From positions 45,508,001 to 45,572,000 of the forward strand of contig OX638161.1 in assembly GCA_951804945.1 (NCBI GenBank): a stretch of 64,000 nt of DNA. The letters are read 5' to 3'. The notes beneath the pieces were generated by a model. That model was not told where the DNA came from and searched no databases. It saw nothing but the letters and a program-made list of their open reading frames with translations. The position numbers were made by a program, and so were the translations under genes. This document shows positions 22,178-35,043 of the stretch, one piece after another (the stretch's first letter is position 1; every line of letters begins with the position of its first letter). The DNA is from Podarcis cretensis (lineage: Eukaryota).

Positions 22178-25100
22178 GTAAGATATGATTCCACCCCCTA
22201 GATTTGAACTTTCTCTATACTTTGGTAATTCCTTCTGTTTCCATGACTGCTGACCCATGAGTGAGTGAGTGAATAAATGTGTGCATATTGGCAAGAAACC
22301 ATTGTTCATGCAGACAACGAAATGTTCCTAAAGCTTAATTTATAATGAATTTTAAAAGATGTTCAAAGTCTCATTTCCCCAAAAGCCCAAAGCATTCCTT
22401 TTAGGGATTATTGGGAGTGAGATTCCAAGAGACCTAAAGAAAGTGTTCATGTGCGCCACCACAGCAGCAAGAGTTTGGATTGCTCAGAATTGGAAAGCGG
22501 AGATCTTACTGACAAAGAAATATTGGCTGATTAAATTGATGGAGTATGCCGAGATGGATAAACTGCAGGGCAGATAAGAGATCCAACGAAACAAAAATTC
22601 AGAAATGATTGGAATATATTTAAACCTATTATCTGAAAGACTATTGTGGAGAATTAAAATTTTTGACTGGTTTAGAATAACTCCTGTAAGAAAAAAATAT
22701 TAAAATATAGAGGAAAAGTAGGTTAGCAAATATATAGATATGTTATGTTGGGCATTCAACTAAAAATAAATAAATAGAGGACCCAAGTAAGAAGGGGAGG
22801 GAAGTCAAGGTCAAATGGAGTACAAATGAATTAAATGATTAAGTGCATATTTTTGTTTTCTTTATTATGTTTTAGAATCACATGTTTAGTAGAGTGGTAC
22901 CTCTGGTTAAGAACTTAGTACATTCCGGAGGTCCGTTCTTAACCTGAAACTGTTCTTAACTTGAGGTACCACTTTAGCTAATGGGGCTTCCTGCTGCCAC
23001 TGCACGATTTCTGTTCTCATCCTGAGGTAAAGTTCTTAACCCGAGGTACTACTTCCGGGTTAGTGGAGTCTGTAACCTGAAGCATTTGTAACCTGAAGAG
23101 TTTGTAACCTGAGGTACAACTGTAACAGGAAAAATGAGACGTTACAAAGTGATTTCATGAACATTTGTTAAAAGAAACCAATAAAAATGAATTGGGAAAA
23201 AAGAAAAAAGAATGTCCCTAAAGCACTATTCACATACTGTATCCCAAAGGCAACAGTACTGTGGGAAAATGTGCTTTACATCACAGGTACGGTATATGAG
23301 GGACGGTTCCTTATAGTTGGATTTGAAAAGGTGTGGCCAGGTGGGTCATAGGGTGGCATTCTGTCAGGTACTCTTCATTTTTCGAACTGGAAATGGCAGC
23401 TCCCAACTTCCTTTATTGCATTTTGTAATTGGTTTGGAGGAGGTTGCCAGCAAAGTGGTGCCCACTTGAATGTAAAGGAGTAATTAGGATTTGCAAAAGG
23501 AATTATCTTTGCTCAGTTATGTCCCTATCCCAGGCAACTTAATCTATTTTAAAGCAGAGCAGACCTGTAGATCTCGGGGGGGGGGCGGGGAGTACAATTA
23601 CATGCACTGTTCAGGCATTTCAGAATTCTACAATGAAACATCCTATTCTTCTTGCAGCGTGGTGACAAAATTCTATCAGCACATCCTGGCTTTGGTGTTT
23701 GCTGTCCAGGAAATCAGTAAAAACCCCAAGCTTTTGCCAAATATCACTATCGGATTCCATATTTATGACAGCTACTATGATGCAGGGATAACATATCGTA
23801 CCACGTTGGGCCTGCTCTTCCAGTCACGTAGGTTTGTCCCTAACTACAAATGTGGCAGACAGGGGAATTTAATGGGAGTCATTGGCGGTCTGGATTCCGA
23901 TACCTCTTCACACATGTCAGACATCTTAGGCCTGTACAAGATTCCACAGGTAGGATTCATGGGTTGGGTCTATGGGATCTTCTCTAATCTCATGCATCTG
24001 CTCTTCTTTCTTCATTCTTCTTTCTTCTTTCTTCTTTCTTCTTTCTTCTTTCTTCTTTCTTCTTTCCTCTTTCAGATAGCAATTTCAAGATTGAAATTTT
24101 TGATTGGGGAAAGATAGGATGAAATACATGGATATGAAAAGTCTATTCTATAGTTTGTGGATGCATCTGAAACGCCCTCACTTTAAATTATATGAGGGTT
24201 GATAACATGTAGGCCTTCAAGTCTGAAGTACAGCTAGCCCATCGTCAGTCAGCCTATCTCTCCTCTGTTCTTTTTTAAATAATACAGTTTTAAAACTATC
24301 CAATTCAGAAGCACTTTTGAGATGAGGAAGAAGAAAAAGGGTGTACTGAATTATTATACGGTCTTGTTGAACTTTCACATATGTAAATTTCAGTTAAAAT
24401 GTGTTTAATCACGGTTCTTTTAAGAATGCTATATGGATATGTTAAATCATTTAAGGATATATTAATGCAGCTGAATAATTTTTTTATTGAGTTTCTGATA
24501 ATTTTATACATATAAAACAAAACCGTTTCAAACAGTAAAATACAAGGTTCTTTTGAACCTTCAGACCTCTTTCCCTCCCTCCAAGTGTTCCATATTTAGA
24601 TTTAAGTTTATCCATCTATTATATAACCATAATTACCATAAATAATTCCACATTACAAGTTCCAGATTACAAGATTTTAACTGTGTACAGTGGTCTTTTA
24701 AATAAATTACAAATTTACTCCAATCTTTAGAAAATACTTGATCTTCCTGGTTTTGGATCTTCCCCATCAGTTTCTCCATTTATGCAAACTCCATCGTTTT
24801 CATCTGCCATTCTTCTTTTGTTGGTACTTTTTCTTCCCTCCAATTCTGGGCTAGTAGCATTCTCGCTGCCATCGTTGCATACATAAAAAGTCTTTTATCT
24901 TCTCTTGGAAGATAATGCTTAGGAAAGCATTGTTACATAAAGTGGTATAAAATTCTAAATAATAACAATAAAAATATTGTTCAATATTCTACAATTCTAT
25001 TATTCTATAGTAAGAAGAAAAGCATTCATCATTTTGCACAACCCAGGGATTACATTTATAAGAATTACTTATGGATGTAATATTTCACATACTTATTCAG

Positions 25101-28100
25101 ATGGAAATCCATATTACTTCAGATTAATGTGATGAATAGTATTACACTTGGAGCAATTTTAAGATGTATTAGGGAACAGGATTACAAAAAAATAATAATG
25201 GCAAAATCTCTTCATTCCACTATGAGAACAAATGAAAAAGAGTGTTTAATTGCACTTGATAATTCTTTACAAGCTACCTTTGTGATACTTTTCAATCAAA
25301 AGGCAGGATAGAAATTAGCATTGCATCCCTATTTACTTGGAAATAAATTTCACTGTTCAATAGAGGCTACACTAGTACATGCTTGCAGAGGATTACAGCT
25401 TTAATAATAATAATAATAATCTTTATTGCGGTCCAATGACCCATAACATAAAGGTAAAGGTAAAGGTACCCCTGCCCATACGGGCCAGTCTTGACAGACT
25501 CTGGGGTTGTGCGCCCATCTCACTTAAGAGGCCAGGGGCCAGCGCTGTCCGGAGACACTTCCGGGTCACGTGGCCAGCGTGACATCGCTGCTCTGGCGAG
25601 CCAGAGCCGCACACGGAAACACCGTTTACCTTCCCGCTGGTAAGCGGTCCCTATTTATCTACTTGCACCCGGAGGTGCTTTCGAACTGCTAGGTTGGCAG
25701 GCGCTGGGACCGAGCAGCGGGAGCGCACCCCGCCGCAGGGATTCGAACCGCCGACCTTTCGATCGGCAAGCCCTAGGCGCTGAGGCTTTAACCCACAGCG
25801 CCACCTGCGTCCCGACCCATAACATAGATACAGATAAAATACAGATTCATATAGACAAGCCCCCAGGGAAGGGAGACCGAAGCGTGATTTGTTTAGTCAT
25901 GGATATGTTGATCTTTGATTCGTATGACTACTGAAAGAAACTTTGCCACGGCCACTGTGATATCTTTGGACTAGTCATCCAGAAGATATTTGATATAGTA
26001 GGCTTCAGATTGACCCAGCCGATTTGCCAATAGTGGTTTAATCAATAGTTCCCTTGCTTCATCATATTGTCTGCAATGCAATAAAATATGCCTCATGCAG
26101 TCGACATCCTGAGAGCACACACAGATCCCTATTTTGATAAGGGATACCTCTCAGTCTGCTGTTTAACACTTCTGATGGAAATACATTTAGTCTGGCTTTG
26201 GTGAAAAGATGCCGTTATGTTGGTACAGACAAGTATCAAAGATATGCAGGTGTCTAAAACTCGAACCCATAGTGGATTCCTACTGCTAATAGGTCATAAG
26301 TAATAACTCAATAACTCAATAACAACTCAATAACAACTCAATAACAACTCCTCAATTACTCAATAACTCAATAACTCAATAAATATTGCTATCCAAGGCT
26401 GGATCTAGACATGTCAAAGAAGTGATTCAGTTAAACGTGTTGCAAGTTCATACAGGGAAATCTGGTAGGGAAAGATGAGACTCCACAGCACAATCTGGTG
26501 TCACAGTGTTACATTGCATATACAACGCATATAAAACATTTTTTAAAAAACACACACACCACAACAGCAGTCTAGCTGAGTCCCATGTCTACTCAGTAAC
26601 AAACCTCAATTATATCAATTGGGCTTAATTGAATATAATATATATATAGGATTATAGTCTAAGTATGACCCTTACTTGAAATGTCTCCTTTTTAAAATTT
26701 TTAGTTTTCATATGGCTCATTCCAAAGAGTCATGAATGAGCAAACTGACCTTCCTTCTTTTTACCGCATGGTCCCTAATGAAGAGCTTCAGTACCAGGGA
26801 ATTATTCATTTACTTCTGCACTTTGGATGGAAATGGGTTGGAATCATGATTTTGGATGATGACAATGGAGAGCATTTCTTGAAAACTTTGGAGCCCATGT
26901 TTTCCCAGAGTGGGATCTGTTCAGCTTTCACCAACAGAGCTCCAGATGAAATGCGTTTCCACAACCTTGCTGAAATGAATGATTACATTTTGAATAGCAT
27001 TAAAGGTTTCAGAAAAACCAAAGCCAATGCAGTGCTTATATATGGTAAAACAGCCATCATTAGGTGGTTGGCAGCCATTCTGTGGTGGAAAAAGTTATTG
27101 CCTTTAAGCGATCTTCAATATGAAGAATATAAGACTCCTGGAAAGGTGTGGATTACAACAGCTCAAATTGATTTTGCCTTCTTTGTATTGCAAAGGACGT
27201 GGGATGTTCAAATGTTTCATGGAGCAATTTCATTTACAGTTCACTCAAATGAACATCTTGGCTTCCAAAATTTTATTCAGTTTATAAACCCTTCCAGTTC
27301 AACAGAAGATGGCTTTATCAAAGATTTCTGGGAACAAGCATTTGATTGTTTCCTGCAAGATTTTGATGACTCCTGTACTGGAGAGGAGGGATTAGAGAGC
27401 CTTCCTGGACCTTTTTTTGAAATGAGCATGACAGGCCACAGCTATAGTATCTATAATTCTGTGTATGCTGTGGCACATGCCTTACATAGAATTTCTACAT
27501 CTAAATCCAAAGACAAAACAATGAAGAATAAGGGTGGACTAGATCTCCTGAATGTGGAACCTTGGCAGGTAATAGCTCCTTGCTGTCAAAGGTCTAATGT
27601 ATATTACAGATGTGTGATGTTCAATTGCCATTATGCCTGGCAGAAAATAGGGACTCCTTCCTCTTCTTGTGAATCTTTTAAATTCTTTTCACTGCAAAGC
27701 AAGCTGGCCTCATTCCAGTGTATTTTGACATAGGAATTCTCCTTAGGTGACACAATCTGCTATAATTCTATAAAAAAAATGACAGTGCACTCTTACTAGT
27801 ATTGTAAATATTTATCCAAAAGTGTCATATAATTGTTGACAATGTACAGATGGAAATTAGATAGGTTTAAACAATGTTGGATATCCTTTATGCTACAAAT
27901 GAAGCTATGAAATCCAATTATCACCACTAATAAGGTCAGGGCATGTAGAAAGTACCATCTACAAATATCTGTGAAAGGGAAAGCAACGCATTTGTGATTA
28001 TTCAGAAACATTGAACTTCATTCATTGACTATTTGAATCAAAATAGTCTTGAACAATTGATATTCTGCAAATGTATTAAAATGAATTTAATTGAATTGTG

Positions 28101-31100
28101 CTTGTATGGCGCCTGATAGACATATCCAAGTTCTTTGTTTTATTTGTCAACTTGGTTCTACCACATTCAATCTACTCAATATAAGCTGTACTATTTTGTA
28201 AAGATGGAATCTAAATTTTTTCTTCGCATAACAGTTATAGTGTCTAGAAATTGCTTTCTTAATGTAAAATCTATAGAAAAAGTATATTCTCAGTGAGAAG
28301 ATTTCAATATTTTAAATGCTATTGTATTCTCTTTCTTCCTGTAGCTCCATTCATGGCTTCAGAGTATCTCATTTAACAACAGTGCCGCAGATGAAATCAT
28401 GTTTAACAAAGATGGAGAATTATCATCTGGGTTCGATATTACAAGCTTGGCCACTTTCCCAAATAACTCCTATGCCAGAGTCAAAGTGGGAAGACTAGAT
28501 CCTCAAGATTTTAAAAGAGCTGTATTATCCATTAATGAAGAGAAAATGGAATGGCACAGAGATTTGACTCAGGTGAATGGGATTTATGATAACCACTGAG
28601 TGGTTAGTCAGTACAGTGGTACCTCGGTTTAAGAACAGCCCTGTTTATGACCATTAGGTCCAGTCGTGGCTGACTCTGGGGTTACGGCGCTCATCTCGCT
28701 TTATTGGCCGAGGGAGCCGGTATACAGCTTCCAGGTCATGTGGCCAGCATGACTAAGCTGCTTCTGGCAAACCAAAGCAGTGCACGGAAACGCCATTTAC
28801 CTTCCTGCCTGAGTGGTACCTATTTATCTACTTGCACTTTGATGTGCTTTCGAACTGCTAGGTTGGCAGGAGCAGGGACCGAGCAACGGGAGCTCACCCT
28901 GTCACAGGGATTCGAACCGCCGACCTTCTGATCGGCAAGTCCTAGGCTCTGTGGTTTAACCACAGTGCCACCTGCATCCCTAGGGTATACAGTAGACCCC
29001 CTACTATATACACAATCTGTTTTTGCATATGTATTTGCATGGCAAGGCCCGGTACCCGCCCCATTGTTGGAATAAAGACACTAGACACGAGTATTTTAGG
29101 TTAATGGGCTAAAAATGGCCACAACTTTAGTGGTTACAGAATGTGAGTGGTGTTGGCTTAGGCATTGGAAGCAAACCTACTATATCTGACTCCTGCCCAC
29201 CTACAGGAAGTCTCAGAAGGGTTAACCACCAGCAGGAGGAGCCCTGTTGATACACATCAACTAGGAACTCCCCCAGGGTCAGCGATAGTCTGGGCTTCGG
29301 ACGGGTCCACGCCCCCTGGATTCTTTTAATGGAATACCCTTGAAATAGGAGGGATAGGTGAGGGCCACTACAGTGGTGCCTCGCAAGACGAAATTAATCT
29401 GTTCTGTGAGGCTCTTCGTATAGCGGTTTTTTCGTCTTGCGAAGCAAGCCCATTGACAGCTTAGCGGATTAGTGCTATTAGCGGTTTAGCGGCTTTTAGC
29501 GGATCAGCTGATAAGCGGCTTAGGGCTTAGGAAAAGGGGGGGAAAAGGGAAAAAAACCCCGCAGGAACTCGCAAGACATTTTCGCCTTGCGAAGCAAGCC
29601 CATAGGGAAATTCGTTTTGCGAAGTGCCTCCAAAACGGAAAACCCTTTCGTCTAGCGGGTTTTCCGTCTTGCGAGGCGTTCGTCTTGCGGGGCACCACTG
29701 TATGTCCCTTCACCTCCAACCGAATACTCCAGTGCCTAACCGCCTAACCTTACAAAGTTGTGACGATTTGCTATGAGGTGGGTGAAAAACCAAGTAGCTA
29801 GTGCCAGTTTTCCAAGTGGGAAAAAATCCTACCAGGCCCCTTCAACAAAGGATTAAGAACCTAACTATAGGGAGGGAGGGAGGGAGAGAGGGAGGGAGGG
29901 AGAACTGTGTGACCATGAACCAAAAGGGGCCGAGTTCCCACCGTGAGCAGCTTAAATGGCATAAGCTACGCCCCCCAGCTAACCAGATTCGTCGGCCCAA
30001 GGAGTGAAGCAGTCAGGGACTCCCTTGATGTGGGGGCCAGCCCTGCCCCCCCTACGGGGCGGACTCATGGATATCATCAGACGTGTAATTGTTGATAATA
30101 TCTAAATCAACATATCTGAAACATTTTCTGAATGCTAATTTCCTCCTTTGTTTAAAACCAGGTGCCTCCCTTCTCCTTATGTAATGAGAACTGCCTGCCT
30201 GGTTACAGCAGGAAGGTGATTGAGGGGGAGAAATTTTGCTGCTACATTTGCGCTCCATGTCCAGAAGGGATGTTCTCAAACAAGAAAGGTAGGTTAGACA
30301 TTGTAAAGACATATGGATATAATGAAATGACAGCTGAATCTGTGATTACTGATGACAGAATGTCTAGCCTGTATCGTTATTAATGCCTACAATCGTTCCT
30401 CCACATACCCACACCAAAGTTATTGACAAGGCTTAGATAGACTGTGGCTTTCTCCCTCTGCATGAATTGTCTGCCTCCAAAGACAAATGGAATCCAGTCA
30501 GTCCCATAATTGGGGAATTCCTGATGCTGCTGTTGAGCATGTCCTCCCCTGGATGATAGAGTTCATTTACATCCTGCATTCACCAGAGTAGTTAAGGGCA
30601 ATGCTACAAAAACAGAGTTTCACCTAAATCCAGGTGGTTCAAGTGAAGAGAAATTTAAGGTTTAACTGTGAGTGATTGCCTGCTTGAGCCAAATGTAGTG
30701 GTTAAAGTTTTGTGATGAAAGGATCATTCTAGGCCAATTCAGACAGGTCAGGACTGTAGGTCTCACAAAGAGGAGAGCTTCCTTTTATAGAGATTCAGTG
30801 ATACACTGCAGTGGCAATGATCATGAAGCTTTATTAAAGATACAGAAACAAAACTATAGCAAAGATATGACACACTTGTTCTCTGATTACATTTAGAAAT
30901 GAGAACCATCCCCTTGGGTAAATCTGGGTAGAGGAACTCCATACTATGTGCGATATGTGTCTTTATTCTGATTCCCACCCAAAGCTGCAACCCAAGCCTT
31001 ATATAGCTATTATCTTTAATAGCTCTATATAGCTATTAGCCACTGCTACATAGCATGGCTTCTGTTCATCTATATTCACAAAACAATGGTATGGAAAGCC

Positions 31101-32508
31101 ACCGAGAGATCAGGTTAGTGAAGTAGGGTCACCTTTCCCTGTCTCTCTCCTGATAAAGGTCATTCATCATAAACATAACATTTCTAGCAATATTACCATG
31201 CAAAGAAGCCTGTAGGTGTGATAAGTGTGAGAAGATGTGAAAGAATTAATAATATATTTTTGAAGAACAAAACGACATAGAGCAAGAAGTACAACCAAGA
31301 TTTTGGACAATGTCCCTGGATGTCCTGCCAACCACTACTGTATTTCCCATTTCATGTCAACCCATCCCTAAAATAATTAATTGTTCTTGGTAGATCATGT
31401 GATTTTTCAAATAGAAGCCAATATTTATAATACCTCAAAACCCTTACATAAGCATATTAGGTTAGGAGGATAGAATGGACGGTAGCCCCATGTTCAGAGT
31501 TTTGGTACTAATTACTAATAACTACTTATTAAGATGAATTCCAGGAAAGATGCTCATTGTTCATGAAAATAGAAGAGTGTTTAAGAAGCATATGTTCTTC
31601 TTTTAGACATGGATTATTGTATCAACTGCCCAGGAGATCACATTCCAAACAAGGGACAAGATAAATGCATCTCCAAGGCACTCAACTTCCTCACTTTTGA
31701 TGAACCTTTGGGCATTACTCTAGTTTCTTTGGCTATTCTTTCTTCTCTGATGACAGCTATGGTACTTGGAATCTTCATTAAGAAAAGGGACACTCCCATC
31801 GTCAAAGCCAACAACCGGAGCCTCACCTACTTTCTTCTCATTTCTCTCCTTCTTTGTTTCCTCTCTGCTTTGCTCTTCATTGGAAAGCCTCAGAAGGGGA
31901 CCTGTCTCCTGCGACAAACAGCTTTTGGCATCATCTTCTCCATTGCTATTTCTTCTGTTTTGGCCAAAACCATTACAGTGATTGTGGCTTTTATGGCCTC
32001 CCAGCCAGGAAACATTTTCCGGAAATGGGTGGGGAAAAGATTGGCATATTCTCTTGTCTTGGCTTGCTCTCTCCCTCAGTTTGTCATTTGTGTTATTTGG
32101 TTATGTACCTTCCCCCCATTCCCAGATTTGGACATGAACTCACTAGCTGGAGAAATCATTGTGGAATGTAATGAAGGGTCACTTTTCATGTTCTACTGTG
32201 TCCTGGGGTACATGGGAATTATGGCAACCATCAGCTTCACCATGGCTTTCCTAGCGAGGAGGTTGCCAGACAGTTTTAATGAAGCCAAGTTCATCACCTT
32301 CAGCATGTTGGTTTTTTGCAGTGTTTGGCTGTCCTTTGTGCCAACCTACTTGAGCACAAAAGGAAAATACATGGTGGCTGTTGAGATCTTTTCCATCTTG
32401 GCTTCTAGTGCTGGGTTACTAGCTTGCATATTTTCCCCCAAATGTTATATTATTATATTGAGGCCTGAACTGAACAAAAGGGAACAGCTAATAAGAAGGA
32501 AGCAATAA
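21957..32508 (+). CDS. V2R gene 3: complete vomeronasal type-2 receptor, about 877 aa, 6 exons
   Basis: Exons 21957-22177, 23658-23949, 26705-27568, 28345-28572, 30162-30288, 31607-32508; GT-AG, 2634 nt in frame. Confidence 0.92.
22335..23212 (+). mobile_element. L1 3' fragment (ORF2 C-terminus plus 3' UTR and A-tail), interrupted by a MITE
   Basis: KPKAFLLGI...[14 protein letters not shown] matches the C-terminus of ORF 227-3277. Confidence 0.8.
22892..23122. mobile_element. Tigger-type MITE (family B)
   Basis: TA-flanked (g)agtggtacctc...gaggtacaactg; colinear with 45412-45637. Confidence 0.85.
23658..23949 (+). CDS. V2R gene 3 exon 2
   Basis: [15 protein letters not shown]...GLYKIPQ; 292 nt. 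Confidence 0.92.
24001..24073. repeat. (CTT/TTTC)n pyrimidine microsatellite
   Basis: Direct read. Confidence 0.85.
24478..24910 (-). mobile_element. L1 3' fragment
   Basis: Minus translation [30 protein letters not shown]; T-rich tail near 24480. Confidence 0.8.
25402..26290 (-). mobile_element. Degenerate non-LTR retrotransposon 3' end (RTE-X-like), interrupted by a Sauria SINE
   Basis: Minus translation [17 protein letters not shown]...[19 protein letters not shown]; (TTA)n tail at 25402-25420. Confidence 0.6.
25451..25813 (-). mobile_element. Sauria SINE
   Basis: Head gggacgcaggtggcgctgtgggttaa, (ACCTTT)n tail, 13-bp TSD gacccataacata. Confidence 0.95.
26301..26383. repeat. (ACTCAATA/ACA)n tandem repeat
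   Basis: Repeated ctcaataa units. Confidence 0.8.
26705..27568 (+). CDS. V2R gene 3 exon 3
   Basis: [31 protein letters not shown]; 864 nt. Confidence 0.92.
28345..28572 (+). CDS. V2R gene 3 exon 4
   Basis: [22 protein letters not shown]; 228 nt. Confidence 0.92.
28648..28981 (-). mobile_element. Sauria SINE (3'-truncated), preceded by a Tigger TIR stub at 28614-28647
   Basis: Sauria core ggtcatgtggccagcatgac, tatttatctacttgcac. Confidence 0.9.
29035..30068 (-). mobile_element. Putative DIRS/Ngaro-type solo terminal repeat (copy 4) with nested MITE
   Basis: ggccacaacttta, ttggcttaggcattgg, ccttacaaagttgtgacgatt shared with copies 2 and 3; ends TGCAA on minus. Confidence 0.6.
29371..29700. 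mobile_element. pogo/Tigger-type MITE (family A)
   Basis: TIR cagtggtgcctcgcaagacg / cgtcttgcggggcaccactg; TA TSD. Confidence 0.88.
30162..30288 (+). CDS. V2R gene 3 exon 5
   Basis: [20 protein letters not shown]; 127 nt. Confidence 0.92.
31607..32508 (+). CDS. V2R gene 3 exon 6 (7TM)
   Basis: 902 nt; class C 7TM motifs. Confidence 0.95.
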
Positions 32509-32921
32509 AAATCAAATAGGTTCTATCCAGAGCTAGTCCTAATCAGAGTAGACCCCTTGAAATTAGTGAACATCATTAACTTGGTGTGTTAATGTCAATG
32601 GATCTACTAAGAGTAAAACTTAGTTTGTTACAATCTGCTATATATTTTGTTCCTGCTCAGGAGCAAACACCTCTTCTCCTTTGTTTGTTGAATAGACTGA
32701 AAGGTTACAGGCCTCCTTTGAAAAAGCAGATTTTCGCGTTATTGTCTTCACTGCTGTCTCTTTTGTTTTGTGCAGTGCTTTTATGATGTTTTTTGCTTTC
32801 ACAATCTATAAACCAATAAAGACTGGCTCAATTTCTTTTATTGTCATACTACCTTTTCCCACCCAATATTTGTGCTGTTAAGTTAAACACATTGCCCTCA
32901 TTGCTCTCGAGAGAAGAAGTG

Positions 32922-33158
32922 AGTTTTGGATTTGATCTCCCGCTTTATTACTACCCAAAGGAGTCTCAAAGCAGCTAACAATCTCCTATTCCCTTCCTCC
33001 CCCACAACAAACACTCTGTGAGGTGAGTGAGGCTGAGAGACTTCAGAGAAGTGTGACTAGCCCAAGGTCATCCAGCAGCTGCATGTGGAGGAGCGGGGAA
33101 TCAAACCCAGTTCACCAGATTACGAGTCCACTGCTCTTAACCACTACACCACACTGGT
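32922..33158 (-). mobile_element. Squam3-like tRNA-derived SINE
   Basis: Reverse complement begins ccagtgtggtgtagtggttaagagc (A box) with B-box ggtttgattccc and an L2-like tail. Confidence 0.8.
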
Positions 33159-33261
33159 TCTCTAGATATTGTTGGACTCCAAGTCCCATCAGGCTTAGCC
33201 AACATGACCAAAATTCAAAGATGATGGAAGTGGGAATTTAATAACATCTGAAGGATCACTG

Positions 33262-33460
33262 GCTCTCAGTTTCTGTATGTTGGTCTTTTTCTGTGTTTGT
33301 GACAATCGTGCTCCAGAGAAAATGCATACATAGTGGCCATGGAGATCTTCTTCATCTTTGCCTCCAGTGCTTGTTTTCTGGATTACAACTTTTCATCCAA
33401 ATGCTTTCTTGTTGTGCTGAGGTATGATCTGAATAAAATGCAACAACTAATAAGGGGGGG
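33262..33460 (+). pseudogene. Degenerate V2R exon 6 3' fragment
   Basis: VAMEIFFIFASSA...FSSKCFLVVLRYDLNKMQQLIR aligns to [12 protein letters not shown]...[22 protein letters not shown]. Confidence 0.8.
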
Positions 33461-34273
33461 GGGGAATAAAATATCAAATGATCAGTCCTATTTGTTTTGC
33501 CACCTTTTTTTGTTTCCTCTGAAGTGACTGTTGGTAGATTTAGCACTGTGGAAAGTGTGGTCTTTGGTAATCCACTTTAAAATTCTCACCTAGCTCCTCT
33601 CAGATCCCAATCAAATAAAATTCTTTGGAATGTTTGCCTACTTACTTAATAATTAATTTAGGCTCAATCTCTATTCATGTTTACATGGTCTAGAGATGAT
33701 TGAAATATTTGTTGTTGTGGTGGTTTTTTTAAGACCAATTATATATAGGTTGTAGTATATTTTCAAGAAATGTATGTAATGGCATCTATGTGCAATCTAG
33801 GCACAGATAAAAACAGATACTAGGGGATGCCCCTGGAAGACCCCCCATAAAATTTACAGAGGTATATACCAGCTGCTTAACCCAAACAGAAGAAAACCAA
33901 AACTTCTCCCATTCCCGTCTTTGGGGTCATCTTCTTGCCTTGCTAATAGAAACAACAAAACTAACCAATTCAGCCAAGCTCTAAATTCACCTTTACGCTA
34001 TTAAGGAATAAAGATTGGAGTCCCTCAATTTCCTATGTGTGGACAGTGACACTTATAGAACACATACAGGGCAGCTGAGTCTCTATTGACACTTTCCCCC
34101 TCAAAATACCTTGTGCGCATTTGGGAAATATTCAAATAACAATGTGTCATTGAGCAGCAGTCTAATAAGGGATAAACAAAGGTTTCAACAGACATTACAA
34201 CATTTCTTATCCCTTTAGAGAGTAGCAGATTATCTTGAGGGACAGCAAATAAAGATTTTAAAAAAGTAGTTCT

Positions 34274-34310
34274 CTTGGCTTTCATATCTATGACAGCTAC
34301 TATGATGCAA
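34274..34310 (+). pseudogene. Tiny V2R exon 2 remnant
   Basis: cttggctttcatatctatgacagctactatgatgca = [12 protein letters not shown]. Confidence 0.6.
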
Positions 34311-34831
34311 TGAGCTTTGAAATAAGGTGACATATTTCAAATTGGTTTTCATCAGCAGTTCTGGTTCTCATGAAACCTCAGAGAGCCCAGAATCATTGCA
34401 GAAATTGTTATCCTTCCCCTACAATTATCCATACTATTATGACTGAATCACCTGGACAAACCCCCAATGGCTTCCCTGATTGCAATAGAAAAAAACAAGT
34501 ATTACATGTTCATAAATACCACAGTGTTCTATTGGCAGCAAAGATTATCTAAAAGCAGGCAAGGCTCTGTCATTCTCCGTATGTCTCCCTTTTTCTATGT
34601 ATAAGTCAGGCTTCAAATGAGTATCTCCTTTCATCTAGCATTCAAGGCAAAATTTTATAGCACAGCTGAGGCTAAGAGAAAGGTGTATAAGAACTGTTTT
34701 GGTGGAATCGCATTAAATCTGCACCATTTTGCTTAAACAAATTTGCTCTTGCAGATAGCGACACCATAGAGGGACCAGGAAAAATGCATATTTAGAGGGG
34801 AAATTTGCCATCAGGAAATTGAGGTGCTGCA

Positions 34832-35043
34832 ATGTTGTTGATACTGCTGCTCTTCTTGCTTCCTCACCTGGTGTGCACAGTGCACCCTATGAATTGTGCC
34901 CTGACGGACCCCCTCTCAATCCCCCATGAGTGGTACCAGCCAAATGAGTTTGTAATTGGTATGATCGTATCTCAGATGCATTACATTTTCCCCAATATTT
35001 TATTTGACAGAGACCCTTCATTGGAGCTGGTTAACTTTCCAAT
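34832..35043 (+). CDS. V2R gene 4 exon 1
   Basis: [21 protein letters not shown]; donor GTAAGA. Confidence 0.87.

Noticed and set aside
23950-24117. Hydrophobic extension after gene 3 exon 2
   Set aside because: Translation of a CTT/TTTC microsatellite behind a normal GTAGGA donor; the product would lack most of the flytrap domain
26301-26383. CRISPR-like short repeats
   Set aside because: Eukaryotic simple tandem repeat with no unique spacers
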